Shown one piece after another: positions 1 to 12,279 of a stretch of 64,000 nucleotides of DNA. Where the stretch lies: NCBI GenBank assembly GCA_965178125.1, contig OZ237745.1, positions 1,240,001-1,304,000 of the forward strand, given 5' to 3'. The stretch comes from Bilabrum cf. latius. Lineage: Eukaryota. The notes beneath the pieces are model-generated. The model was given only the letters and a program-made list of their open reading frames with translations, was not told the DNA's origin and made no database searches. The translations under genes and the position numbers were made by a program. Numbering within the stretch: position 1 is the first letter of the stretch; every line of letters begins with the position of its first letter.

Positions 1-1165
1 TCGCACAGCTTTCCCAGGATACGGTCATGCCCCGCGGCCCGTCCGAGCGGCCCCGCCTTCTCAGGAGGAGCCAGACAGGCCAGAAATGGAGTCCCGCAGC
101 CAGTATGACTGAGCGCCGGAGCCGCCTCCGACAGCGGCAAATTCCCTGATCTCGCAGTGGCGCGAATGCGACGGTACCCTCGGGATGGGGGCCCTCCGCT
201 GACGTGTGGCCACTGCTTGTTAGCACGTGTTGATACATGCGGTCCGGCAAAGCGGCGCCGAAGCCAAAACTTACAGGTTTGCAGCAGACGAAACCTTGAG
301 TGCGTAGTTATCGGACGGGATGTCACAACTGCCTGTGCCAGAAGAAAGGAAGCAGCATACCGTTGTAAAGAACGAATGGCGCAAGTAGCCACTGAAGCCG
401 GCAATAGCTTCCAGGCAAGTGGAAAGTGTCGAGGTCCAGATTAGTGGGTCGGGTGCTATAGTGCCCCGCCCAACACCCGAGGACCCCGCTCGTTGGTCTA
501 TCTTGGATCGCCCATGCCGCAGTACTTGCACCTAGGTTTGGCGCAGTCCCGCACGGAGAAGGGGCGTCCGAATGTGGCATTTCCACGCAATGCAAGGACT
601 GAAACCTCTCACACGTTGGTCCGATGTATAAAGTGTGGTGATATGCCCTGCTTGACGCAAAAGCACTCGCAAGGAACACCAGCCGTCTCGCAGCCGCACA
701 TTTCGTCGTCTGCAAGAAGATAGAAGTGTACACCCGCGCGTAGACCGAGACAGTGGGTGGTGCGGCTAGGTCGATAACGAGTGATGCATAAAAATGCACT
801 ACTGTCGGCGCCAGTTAGCGCCGCTCTTGCCTTAGGGATAATTTAGGCAGAACAGCGACTCTAGATCTGAGGCCTTCTTTTTATCCATACGAAGGATCTT
901 ACACTTGCATCCAGTCCACACAATCATAAAATTATTCCATGTTTATCTAACCGGAGAGGCTAGACAAGCATTCAGATGCTTCAGTCGAACATTTGGGACG
1001 AGAGAAGTGCGTCCTGTGCTTCAAACTTGCTGTCCGCTTTTATTGAAACAGAACGCAACAAATTCTCAAGCGAAGGTTCGGCGATCTCGCGGACCGGTCC
1101 GGTCACCACCGGACTCACCGGTGCATGCAATCCTCGTGGCGACAGAGCGCCGAGTCCGCTTATTC

Positions 1166-2551
1166 TCAGTCAGAATATGTCCATGAGGCAAGTCCCATGC
1201 CTTCCAGCTCCTCCCAGAACGACTCCGGGATCTCCTGGCCCTCCTTGAACACCGCCGAGTTCTCCTGCGCCATGGCCGCGCTGTCCGCCCCTGGGATCAC
1301 CGAGGCAACGCGAGAGTGCCGCAGCGGGAACGCTAGCGCGGCTGCCTTCAGCGACACTCCCCGCGCCTCGCACACGGCCGCAAGCTCAGCCGCCCGCTGC
1401 AGAGCGTACTGCGGTGCATCGGCGTAGTCCAGCTTGAGCTGGAAGGTCCCGTCCTCCCCTTGTTCCCTGGCCCGGCCCTTCTCCAGCAGCGACTTCCAGG
1501 CATCCGCCACCGAAGGATCAGCCCCCGCTGGTGGATCCCCTCCTCCTCCTCCTCCTCCCGCCCCCTGCTGCGCCCCCACAGCCGCAGCCACCAGCACCTC
1601 AGCCGGGGCAGCCAGCAGCCCGCTGTTGTAGGCGCCCCCCACCAGCACCCCCACGCTGTGGCTGTCAGTCTCCCGCTCGTCCAGCAGCTGCAAGAACCCC
1701 CTGCGCCCCTCCCACCTGGTCCTCGCCTCCTCCCCCCCCTGCAGTGAGGCATCGATCGGAGCAGCGTTCTCCATGAGGCTCATGCGCCCCGCCACCAGGA
1801 AGAAATCGAGCAGCGGGGACCCGTCCTCCTCCTTCAGGTCCAGGAACCGCGCCGTCCGGGCCGGGTCCAGCTCGTTCTGCCCTGCGCCCACGGCCTCCAC
1901 GCCCTCACCCTTGCCGCCGCGCATCCGCCCGAGGGCCGCCGCACCGCCCCCCTCGGTCAGCTCGGCGAAATGCTTCTCCGTGCTCTCCGGGGTCTGGTGC
2001 CAGGGATCTAGGTCGTGCAGCACCAGGGAACAGACGTGTTCTCTGGAGAGTCCCAGCCGCTGCAGCGAGTCCTCGAAGGAGCGCGTCAGGGCCGGCCCCG
2101 TGAAGTCGAAGTGCCCGTTGAACTGCAGCCCGCCCGCCCACTGCCCCGGGTCATGGTCGCTCTTGCGCACGGGAGTGAGCAGTCGACCCACTTTTGTTGA
2201 GACCACAGGGGCCTGCTCCTCCCCGTGCTCGCGAATGACCTCGCGCACAAAGTCTCCCACGCGCCGCTCGCTCTAGCCGAATCCGTAGAACGGCGCCGTA
2301 TCCACGATCCGGGCACCACCCCGGTACCCCTCCCAGAGTGCATCCATCGATGAAGAATGAGAAATCTGGCGATAAAGCTCGCCAATTCCCGCTGCACCGG
2401 TGCCAAGCGGGCTCGCTACGGCATGCAACCGAGAGCTGGCATATCGTAGCTGCTGCACGGCCGCGGACCGGATCGGCCTGGTACTTGCCAGCCGTATCGT
2501 TGACAAGGAGCGCGCAATTAGCCTGGATCCTGACGGCGAAACCCTCGACAT
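1166..2551 (-). CDS. Aldo-keto reductase (D-threo-aldose/L-fucose dehydrogenase-like) with a probable mitochondrial presequence; 1 in-frame TAG
   Basis: ORFs 2273..2551 and 1166..2260 are in the same frame and join through TAG 2273-2275 inside the AKR signature DTAPFYGFG[TAG]SERRVG. Downstream motifs: STKVGRLL, FDFT, SLQRLGL, LHD, GAYNSGLLA, SLKAAALAFPLRH..V.SVIPGA. Ends at TGA 1166-1168. The N-terminus is Arg/Ser-rich. Confidence 0.88.
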
Positions 2552-2848
2552 GACTCCTGCGAACCGTAATACGAATAGCTAAGCCTTTACAGATAGCGTA
2601 TCGCGCGAATGCTGTGCAATTCCAGGGCATTTCATGCCATTGATCTGCACTGTTTCAAAGCGATCAAACTAATCTCTAGTTACAACTCACTGATGGTGCG
2701 GACTGAGTCTATTTACAGTCGATAATGTGCAATTTGTGGGAATGCAGCCTCGTGCGCGTCATTCAAAATCTTCATCTTTCAAATATCGAAAATTGAAATT
2801 CTACTTTCCCCCCCCTTGCAAGCCGCGTTGTGTGCTTGGTGCTAGAAT

Positions 2849-4090
2849 ATGATATTGTCTGCAATTGTATGTTTATCTGCTTTTGCGTCTGCAAATAACC
2901 AGGAAGACGGACGGGTTCCTGTGGTTCTGGGCACGGACATTGGCGCAGATTTCGACGATTCTTTTGCGCTGGCATACCTGCTGTCAATTCCACAGGTAGT
3001 AGATCTCAGGCTAGTAATAACAACACTGCATAACACTACCGGTCGGGCTTGCATCGTTTGCAAGTTCTTGCAGCAGGCAGGGCGACTAGATGTCCCAGTC
3101 GCTGTCGGGCAGGAGACCCCAGACGACCACGTCGCCCCGCAGGGTGTCGGGTATCTGTGGCCGTGGGTGGCAAACTACACCCTAGAGAGAGACTGTCGCG
3201 CGCCTTTGCACATGGATGGCCCCAGCGCGCTGGAGCGAGAGCTCATGCGCGGCACCCCCGAGAACCCCGTCTACTTTGTGTCCATTGGCGCCCCCATCAA
3301 CCTTGCCGATGTACTTGGTCGAGCAAATCAAACCGACATCCGAGGTCGTATCCGCATGGTGGCGATGAGCGGATCCGTGTTCAGGGGCTACGACGGGTAC
3401 CCCCCGCCATCCGCCGAGCACAACGTGAAGGTCAACGCGTCGGCCTCCCGGGCCATGTACGACTTCAGTCGGGTTTCGCTCGGCGCCCGTGATCGTGCCT
3501 AGCGAGCTAATCCCACGTGGCCACTGGTCACAGCCCCCGTGGACACGGGCAAGATCACGAGAGTGGACGGGGCCAACTTCTAGGCGCTGCTGAGGGGGGC
3601 CGCCAGTGCCAGTGGCACCTCCAGGATCGCAGCTTCCCTGCTGGAGCAGTTCCGGGTATGGTACTCCAACGGGGGCGACACCAGACACTACCCATGGGGC
3701 CCCATCGGGCCCGAGGTTGCAACCGGCAGCATGTATGACTTCCAGACGGCCATGCTAGCGGTGCAGCTGGCCACTGGAGTGACGCAGAGGCACGGAGCCA
3801 AGGAGGCAGACAGTAGCACTTCAGGGGATCAAGGCGGGCTGTTGGCCACAGGGCTGGGGGCGCCGCCCGCCACGCCCTTCCTTCGATTGCAGCCGCTGTG
3901 GCTGGCAGTAAACCAGAGCGGCTTCACGAACGTTCTGGCGGAGGGCAGTCCGGAGGGCGGGCCCGTGTGGAGCGCCACAACCTGGAGACAGCCGTCAGAT
4001 CCCGCTGGTGTGACGATTGATGGGTGGGAGGTGGATGAGATGCGCACCATGGTGGCAGGTGGCATTGAGGCGATCCTCGGTGCCTAGTGA
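2849..4090 (+). CDS. Inosine-uridine nucleoside hydrolase family protein with signal peptide; in-frame TAGs at 3500, 3581 and 4085
   Basis: A hydrophobic N-terminus is followed by TDIGADFDD..ALAYLL, VPVAVG, SIGAPINLA, MSGS and AEHNV. The frame continues past TAG 3500 into ..APVDTG.. and ..MYDF.. (C-terminal half of the fold) and ends TAG-TGA at 4085-4090. Confidence 0.85.
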
Positions 4091-4168
4091 TCGAATCTAG
4101 GTCAAAGTAGGACCATGCGGTGGCAGTGATATGCAAGCTGCTAGCAAGCACCTCAACAATCATTCAAT

Positions 4169-7100
4169 TCATGCGATACTGGCCTCATCGATGGGGTCGA
4201 AGTGAACCGCCTCTGTGCCTCCTCTGGCAGGGGCGCGGGGGGGGCTCCTCTTCATTACCATCATCGGCTGCAGCTGCTGCTGCTGCTGCTGCTATCGTGC
4301 CTCCCCTGCAGAAGCCACGTCAAACGCGCCAGCTGAACGCAAGCCTCCTTCCATCGGCAAAGACCCGCCCAAAGACTCGCCCATTGCCGGCGCTTGGGCC
4401 CACGCACTCGCACTCGCCCTCGCGGCCTCGTCCTCGTCCTCGTCTTCATCTGCCTGCTGCCCCCCGTACACGGACTCGGCGATCGACAGAGACTCCACGC
4501 CATCGCCTGCTCCCATCCCGAAAGCAGACGCTGCCAGTCCCCCGGGCACGTCCGACCGCACCGACGCCGGGCCAGTACGACCGCAGCCCCCGCCCCCCAT
4601 GCCCATCTCGCTTACCCTGCCGTGCACGCCAGGCATGCCGGTCGTGAAGGGCACGCCCCCCATGCCATCGGCAGGGAACATGGGGCCGGCCATGCGCCGT
4701 ACGTGCGCGGCGCAGCTGCTCTGCTCCCCCTTGTGCTCGTCCTCGGGCCCGCAGCACTCCGAGCCGATCCCGATCGAGGCGCGGGAGGCACCATCCGGAT
4801 CCGTCGAGGTCCCGGATGCACTGCACTGCTGCGGAAGTCCGTGCTCCCCCAGCATGACCCGCGCCTGCCAGCCGAAGGGGTGCGAGGCCCTGTCACGCTG
4901 CGGGTGTTCAGAGTCCCCGCGCGCTTGGTCCTCCACCTGCCCAGTGGCTACGGCAACATGCGCCGCCACGATGGGGCTCATCATCACGGCCACATTCATG
5001 TCCGGCCGGATGGTCAGGCTGGGGGTCACGTCTACGGGGTTGTGGTGCGCCCCCTGGTCGGCCTGGGACTGCTGCCCCGTCCCCGCAGCCAGGCGCCTCG
5101 CCTGCGCGTGGAGGACCTTTGAATGCTCCATCGAGGCTGCCTTGAGCCGGTGCAGGTCCCGGAGGCCTGCAGAGCTCAATACCTGCTCTCGAATGGCGCG
5201 GACACGGCTGCGGAGCGGCTCCGGGATCATAGCTACAAGCTCAGCTGGAGAGGGAATTAGGCCCGGGGCCTGTGCCTGTGCCTCGGCCCCGACCTGGCTG
5301 CCACGCGAGACGGGACCGCTCCTGTCCGACACCGCTGCTGCTGGACGTGAGCCAGCTCCACTGTCCGAGTTCCTGCCAGCCCGCGGCAGCTCCTGCACAG
5401 CCTCCCTGGACGCGATCTCTGCGTCGATGAGCCGAAGCATGAGCTTGGAGAACCGCGCAGCAATACCGAGATTGGCAGAGTTGCTGAGCACGCCCATCGC
5501 GTTATTGCTGGGAGCCACGGTCACTCGCTGGCTGTCTCCGAAGCCCTTCTTGTACGACATATTCAGCGAGCGAGTGACGCCAGCGGGGGTCCGAATGCCG
5601 ATCTGAGCCGCGACTCCGGAGGGTAATGATTGAGATCTGCCCTTTGACGCCGCTGCCCCCGGTGACTCTCGGCCGATCGCATCCTCGGAACCATCCGCGC
5701 TGGCCTGTTGAGCAGCATAGTGGGGGGAAGAATGCCTGAACGAAGGCCCATCTGCGCCGCCGTCCATCCAGAACGTGCCAGAGGCTTGCTTGGCGCCCCG
5801 TCCCGAAGCTGTGCCAGACCTGGAGCTAGAACTGGCTTGCTGGGGCCCCGTGGCCGGCATGCCGACTCCTGCGCCGTCCCACGCGTCCACGCGACGCCGC
5901 TAGGGGGCCTGGCCTTGGCTGCTGCGGCGAGACCTTGGCCCGTTGGAAGCCGCCGAGGGCGCGGTCGATCCTCTCGATGCACCAGTCGCCCCCTCTAGAT
6001 GAGTCTTCATCAGATTCATCATGTGCTTCACACGATTTGCACCTTCTTGCCCCGCCGATTCGGACACGAGCGCCATCATCTGTTCCACCATCCGTGGAGG
6101 CGGACCAGCCGTCGCTTGGCGCTTGGGCTACCCGTCCATCCCCGCCATTTGATGGCTGCTGGCAGCCCGGCTGGCACTCGCAGGCTCCCCCGCCGCCCCA
6201 CCACCGCCGCTCAGTTCGGCCATCCGCTGGGCCAGAGCGCCGTACGGTGCTGCCACCACGGCGCTGCCCCTCTGCATCGCCGCAGAGCGAACCATTCTCC
6301 CTGCGGCCGATAGCCGCGGCAGGCTGCCCTCCGCCTCGAGCGGCTTTTTCCCCATGCTCCGGCCGGCCTGCACTACCGTTCGCGGCAGCCACACCCCTGG
6401 CCTGCCCACGCGGTCTGTGATCTCCTTGAGCACAAGCTGCGCCCGCTCCGGCTCGGCCGCACCTGTCTCGAACAGAGGCAGCTGCACGCCACTCTCTCGC
6501 TAAGCGATCCGAAGCATCGCTGCAACGTCCCAGCCCCCGCTGCCGAAGCCAGCCGCCGCGCCCATGGCCAGCCCCCGGCGGGCAGCGCCTGCCTGCCTCC
6601 TGCCCACCAGCAGCCGCGCCGGCTCCCTCAGCGCCGCCGCCAGCCCCACGCTGATGGTCTCCGGCCGCATCACCGCGGTGGTCGTGGGCCCGGCGTCCAG
6701 GCCACGCACCGCGACCTGCACTGCGTCCAGTTGCTGTGACGAGTGGGCGGGGTCCCCGTGCGCCGCTGCCGAGGGATCAATGCCCGCCGCGGTGCTGTGC
6801 CGCTACTCCGGCCTGGGGGCAAGCCCGCTTGCGCCGCTGCATGGGTTGTCGCCGGGGGAATGCGCGCGCAGAGATGCGCCCACCTCCCCGCTGCGAAGAT
6901 CTATGCGAATTCCAGAGGACGGCGAGGAGGACGATGCCGCAGATCCCGCGGTGCTGGAATCGCCACCCCGCATGACACCCGCGGCATCCTCCGCCACCCC
7001 GTGCCGCTGCCTCCACAGCCTGTCCACCGACACGCCCTCTGCCGCATGCTCGCCCGCCATGTCGCCCCCCTGCGCGGCCGCCCGGACCTCTGCCTCTTCC

Positions 7101-10100
7101 TCGTCCGGGTCACCCTCTTTGCCCACCCTCACGAACCCGCTGGCCCACTTGAGGTCCATGGGGAGCAGCCCCTGCAGCGGCTTGATCTGAGTGAGCATCG
7201 TGGTGACCGTGCGAGGGCGGCTCCGCAGGATCCGGCGGGTCAACGCGGCGCGCACGGCCGCTGCCTGGGACTCTGGTGGCCTCAGCGCGCGCGTGATGGT
7301 GTCTGCCGCCAGCCGCCGCATGGCCCTCATCTTGAAGCTGCGCACGCGGGAGAAGAACTTGCGGCCCATCTTCTCGAAGCCCTTGGCGCCCGGGTCCCCC
7401 TGCTAGGAGGGGCAGCAGGCCCCGCCAGTCTCGGGCTCTTGCCCCGAGTCGCCATCACCGCCGCCCTCGGCCTCTCCTCTCTCGCCGCTGCCCTCCTCCG
7501 AGTCGGACTCGTGGTCGCTGTCACTCGCCCCCGCCAGCTCCTCGGCCAGCTCCGGGGAGAGCCCCCCCGCCGCAGCCGCCTCCGCCACCCAATCCGCCGG
7601 GTCCCTGTCGCCCCCGCTCTTCCTCCTGCGCCTGAACCCAGTCCGGGCCTCGGCTGCGTCCACCACGCAGTCGGGCCAGAACTGCATCACGCTCAGCTCC
7701 GTGGCGGTGAAGCTCTGGTAGTGCGCCAGGGGCCAGCCGTCGGCGCCCCACTGCAGGGGAGTCGGCAGCGGGCACTGCTCCGCAAACCCCTCTGGAGGCA
7801 GCACGCCGTCGGAGCCCGTCTCGGGGCTCCCTCGCCACCCCCCTGCGGCGCGGCTCTCGCCGGCTAGGTCACGCACCACGCGGAGGTACATGCCCCTGAA
7901 GTGCATCGCACGAATGCGCGCGGTCTTGGCGATCACGGTGGCCACCAGCCTGGCGGGCAGCGTGGCGGGGTGCAGCCACTGGATCATGTGGCCCCTGCGG
8001 ATGGAGGCCGCCAGGTCAACGGCAGTGGCCCCGAACAGGCGCAGCGCCGCCGCGTTGTGCATGACCGAGTGCGCGGTGAGGCCTTCCGTGCCGAGCCTGA
8101 ACCGGATGCAGGGGATGGGCAGCGCCGCGATGGCTGCCTCGATCATCGTGTCGGCCTCGTCCAGCGCCTCCTGCACCCGCCCAGGGTCTGCATCCGGGGC
8201 CACTGCGTCGCATGGATCCGCGTCGTACGGCAGCAGCTCGGGGATCGTGTGCTGCAGGGGCCGGAGCCGAGGCGGTGGGCGAGGGGGCGGGTCTCGCCCG
8301 GGCCCGGTGGCACCAGCAAACGAGGCAAACGAGGAAGAGGAGGAGGAGGCTGACGGAGCGTTTTCACCCTCCATGGGCGGCTGGGACGCGGCATCAGCCC
8401 CGCCCGCCATGGCTGGCTCGGCCCCTGCCGGTGCGTCCCATGCGAAGGTGGAGCCGCTGTGCGGAGGAGATTCCGGTCCAAACGCCGCCTCTGCCGCGTC
8501 ACCTCGCCTGCTTGCCCGCCCGCGTCTCCTGCGCTTCCTGGCCGGCTGTGCCTCGTCCTCTGCTGCCTTCCGCTGCCCCTTTCTTCCCACGTCAGCCTCT
8601 GCCCCTGCCCTCGCCCCTGGCCCGGATCTGGACCTCGGCAACGGCTCCACGAAGCTCCGGGCGATCCCGTGTCTCTCCATGCAGGCACGCATCACCCAGC
8701 CCTCCAGCCGAGTCACGCCCGCCGCCCCGTACCTTCCCGCCGCAGACAGCCACAGCAGGGCCAGGGCGCGGGCCCGCCCGAACTGGGCCGTGGTCCAGTC
8801 CTAAGCTTCTTCTTCCTCTTCCTTCTCCTTTTCTTCCTCCTTCTCCTTCATGATGCCTGGTCTATGATCAGCGGCGCCAGCACCACTGCTTCTGCTGCTG
8901 CTACTGCTGCTGCTACTGCTGCTGCTGCTGCTACTGCTGGTCGCCGACCCGCTGGTGGCAGCTCTACGCGTCTGCAACTGCGGCTAGGATAGCCCCTGCT
9001 AGTCCTCCCCTGTGGCCTTAGCACGGCGAGTCCCCCGTGCCCGCTGTGCGCCCGGCGAGTCCGCCAGGTCCACGAGCTCGCACTGCTCCTCGGGCAAAAA
9101 GTCGCCCACGCTGCACACGCCTGCGTCTCCTCGCTGGCTCGCCTTCGCGTGCGCACCCTCGTTTGTGCTTCGAGTCGGCGCTGCTTCTGCTTCGAATTGG
9201 CCCGGCGAAGACGACTGGGGGGCGCCCTGCGAGGATCCCACGCTACCGCCCTCTGCCGCGCTGCCCCCCGACCGCAAGCCGGCCCCATAGAGCCCCAGCG
9301 AGACCTGTTCAATGTTGGCGCAGTCGCCTCCTGCCGCCGACCGCAGGAAGTCTTTGTCTCCGCGGGTGAGCCGCAGCTTCAGCTGCTCCCGCCGCACGGT
9401 GCCTGGTTGGCGCGGTTCCTAGCCGCTGCCTCCCCCCATGGCAACACTCGCGCCCCCCTTGTTCCCCCGTGGGCCGGCCGCTTGCCGAATGACCGGGGCG
9501 GTTGTTTCCTGGATGGCTGCCCGGCTCTTGCCCTCCCTCTCGATCAGGTCCAGGGAGGGCACGGAGACGCGGGCACGAGCGGGGGCCCGGCCCACCATCC
9601 ACGTCGACTGGGACACGCCCTCGCCGGCGCTGGAGGTGGAGGTGCTGGAGGTGGTGCGACCAGTGTGCACAGCATGTGCGCCCAGCAGCCGATGCCTGGG
9701 AGCAGCCAGCAACCCGTCGGACCGCCCCACAACGGAGAGCCCGAAGATGTCGGGCAGCACCGTGCGCGGCCGCAGCCACCCCTGCACCGCCACCCCGACC
9801 CCGAGCCTGTCCAGGATCTCAGCCGCGTCCGCGAGCCCTCGCCACGGGCCCATGCTCAGGTCTTGACGGGCCTGCCACGGGGCACTGACCACCCTACCTC
9901 TTGTTCCCTGGCCTCTTGTTCCCCGGGAACCCCTGCTGCTCCTGCGATAGGGCATCAGCACGCCCTCGCCCCCAGGGCCTGAGCCGTAGGCCGCCTGTGC
10001 CCTGGCAGTCAGCCGACCCATCCCGTCCTGCCGGGGAGGCGCCTCTTTCCCCTCTTCGGTTGTGTCCTTGGGGGTGCGGCCGGACCACTGCACCTCCGCG

Positions 10101-12028
10101 TGGCCCCAGCCCAGCTGAGGCTCGGGCTGCTGCTGGAGGGCCCCTGCCTCGGGCGCTGTGCCAGCCGCTGCCACGGCTCGCCATCCACCCCCGTCCTGAG
10201 GCGCATCCCACACCGACGCGCGCTGCCCCGCTGCCAGCTCCACCGCTCTAGATCTGAGTACGCCTCGCTGGCGCTCCGACCCAGCCCCGAGCCCAGCGGC
10301 ATGGTCCCGCACCGCCGTCTGCAGGAGGTCCAGGAGAGCGCCCCCCGCAGTGCTGCCCTCGCCCTGGCCGCCCACCCCCACTTTGGCGTCCGGGATGGCT
10401 CCAGTCTCGATCCCCACGGCCACAACCTCGTCGTCTTCCTCCTGCTCAAGGGCGGCAGACACCGCAGTGGCTGTCGAGCCAGCTGAGGGATTCCGGGTCC
10501 CCCTGCCAGCGAACCCCAGCTGAGACCCTGCACCAACACCGCTGGCATCCTCATCCTCCTCCTCCTCCTCTGCACCCCCCAAATCGCCCCGTCCTCGTTT
10601 CCTGCCGGCCAATCCCCGGGCAATCCGATCGAGCAGCTGAAGACGGGCTCCCGCCCCCATCAGCGCCGCCCGCGCCGCCTCCACGCCGGCGTCAGCGCCC
10701 ACGGCGAAGTCCTCCTCCATCTCCAGCTGTTCCCTCAGCCGCACCGCCTCTTCGAAGTCCTCCTCGCCGGCTCCAGAGTACCCCGAGGCCATGGACCCAG
10801 CATCGGCATCGGCATCCTCGGGCATGCCCCCCATGCCCAACATACCTCCCGGGACGCTGTGGCCGTGAGACCTGCTGCCGTCCAGCCTACAAACTTCGGA
10901 TTCCCCGTCGTCCTCATCATCCATGGTTAGCCCGCTCCGAATGGTCAGCCCGGTCCGACCTCCCACGGAGCTGCCCGCCTGCGACATGCCGCTGTCCATG
11001 CGAGAGTCACGCCGATTGCCCCCCTTCTCCGCAGGACGCCCCCTTGACCATGGCGCCGCTCCCAGTAGCGCCCCCTGGTGACCCCCCGCATCCTCCTCCT
11101 CGCCGCCGGCGCGCCTGTAGCCCAGATTGCCTCCAGCAGGTCGATGCACACCCAGACCCAGACCCAGACCCAGGCCCAGCCCCCTGCGCCCGTCCTGCGC
11201 CCAGCTCCCCGTGCTGGACCCCGCACCATCCTCCACCACCTCCTCGTCGCCTGCACCGGCCGGGGGGCCTGCCCGTGCCCACACTTCCTCTCCGCGGAGG
11301 CGCTGGTGCAGGCGTATCCTGCCCTGCAGCGGCTCGGAATCGACCGACGCGCCGTCGGTTCCCCCCTCGTCGTCATCCTCGCTGCCCGAAGTCGAGTTGG
11401 TCGAGTGCCCGCTGACAGTGGCCGTGGTCGCCCCGGCCGTGCCTCCGAGGGACTCCACCGCACCACTTGCGAGCGAAGCTTTGCCAAATTGGGTGCTAGA
11501 CGAGGGCCTATTGGCCGCTCTCGCCCGATGCTCCGCGCGCGCTGCTCGCTCCTCCTCGACCACCAACATGGCAGCTGCCTGCCTCGCCGTGGCAGCCGCC
11601 AACTGCCTTGCGGCTTCGATAGACTCCATTCGCTCGTCCCACTCATGCTCATCTCGCATCATTACCGATACACTCTGTCTTGAGCGCACATCTCGCGCAG
11701 ACAAGAGCGCGTGAGGACGTAACCGCTCCGGAACTCCGCTGTGACTGGAATTCAATGCCAGCTTCATCGCTGCCTGGGCCTGATCGAAGCGATCCCTTGC
11801 CTGCTTCCTGCGGCGAACAGTTGCCTTGGTGTCTCTACATTCTCTTCCTAGCTTCTTGCAGCGCGAACAGGGGCGGTCTCCATCACATTTGCGTCTAGCC
11901 TTCGAGCACTCAGCACATGCAGTACCGTGGGCAGCTTTCAGCAGCTTGAACCCGCTCAAGTCTGTCGACACATTGCCATTCGCATCTGTCAAGCCACTCG
12001 TACCGACTGAGGCGTGCACTGACTGCAT
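4169..12028 (-). CDS. Very large (~2,600 aa) Zn(II)2Cys6 binuclear-cluster transcription factor, mostly low-complexity, with a possible central PAS-like region; about 10 in-frame TAGs
   Basis: CAECSKARRKCDGDRPCSRCKKLGREC lies near the N-terminus. ORF-track fragments 9419, 8999, 7403, 6803, 6500, 6128, 5900 and 4292 all share one frame and each ends at TAG, with further TAGs at 8984 and 8801. The first TGA is at 4169-4171. The start codon is tentative. Confidence 0.8.
4268..4294 (-). repeat. Coding polyQ tract TAG-(CAG)6-CTG-CAG
   Basis: Read directly in the frame of the Zn2Cys6 gene. Confidence 0.85.
8885..8938 (-). repeat. AGC/AGT trinucleotide tract encoding poly-Ser
   Basis: In the Zn2Cys6 gene frame it reads as Ser codons. 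Confidence 0.75.
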
Positions 12029-12279
12029 TTCGTCGATTGGAGCAGCCGAAACTGAACTTTCCTGGAAAGTGTCCCAGCTGGCGCTATGGTTTCGTTTGAG
12101 GTACCAATTGCAAGCTCAGGAAACGTGGATATCAATTTGAATATATTCGGGCTGTTGCTGTTTCTGCAGCCGATCTGTACGGTCCGCGCACGAAATATCC
12201 CGATTAATCCGAAGTCCCGTCAATCATTGCAAAAAATGAAGATGAAGATAGATCACCACCGAGCAAGTCTTCATCACCT

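Noticed and set aside
1-1160. Possible gene at the left edge
   Set aside because: No recognisable protein in the frames examined, even with TAG read as Gln, so it is left uncalled.
8885-8938. CAG/TAG-looking repeat as a third polyQ example
   Set aside because: In the gene's frame it reads AGC/AGT (poly-Ser), so it is not evidence for TAG = Gln.
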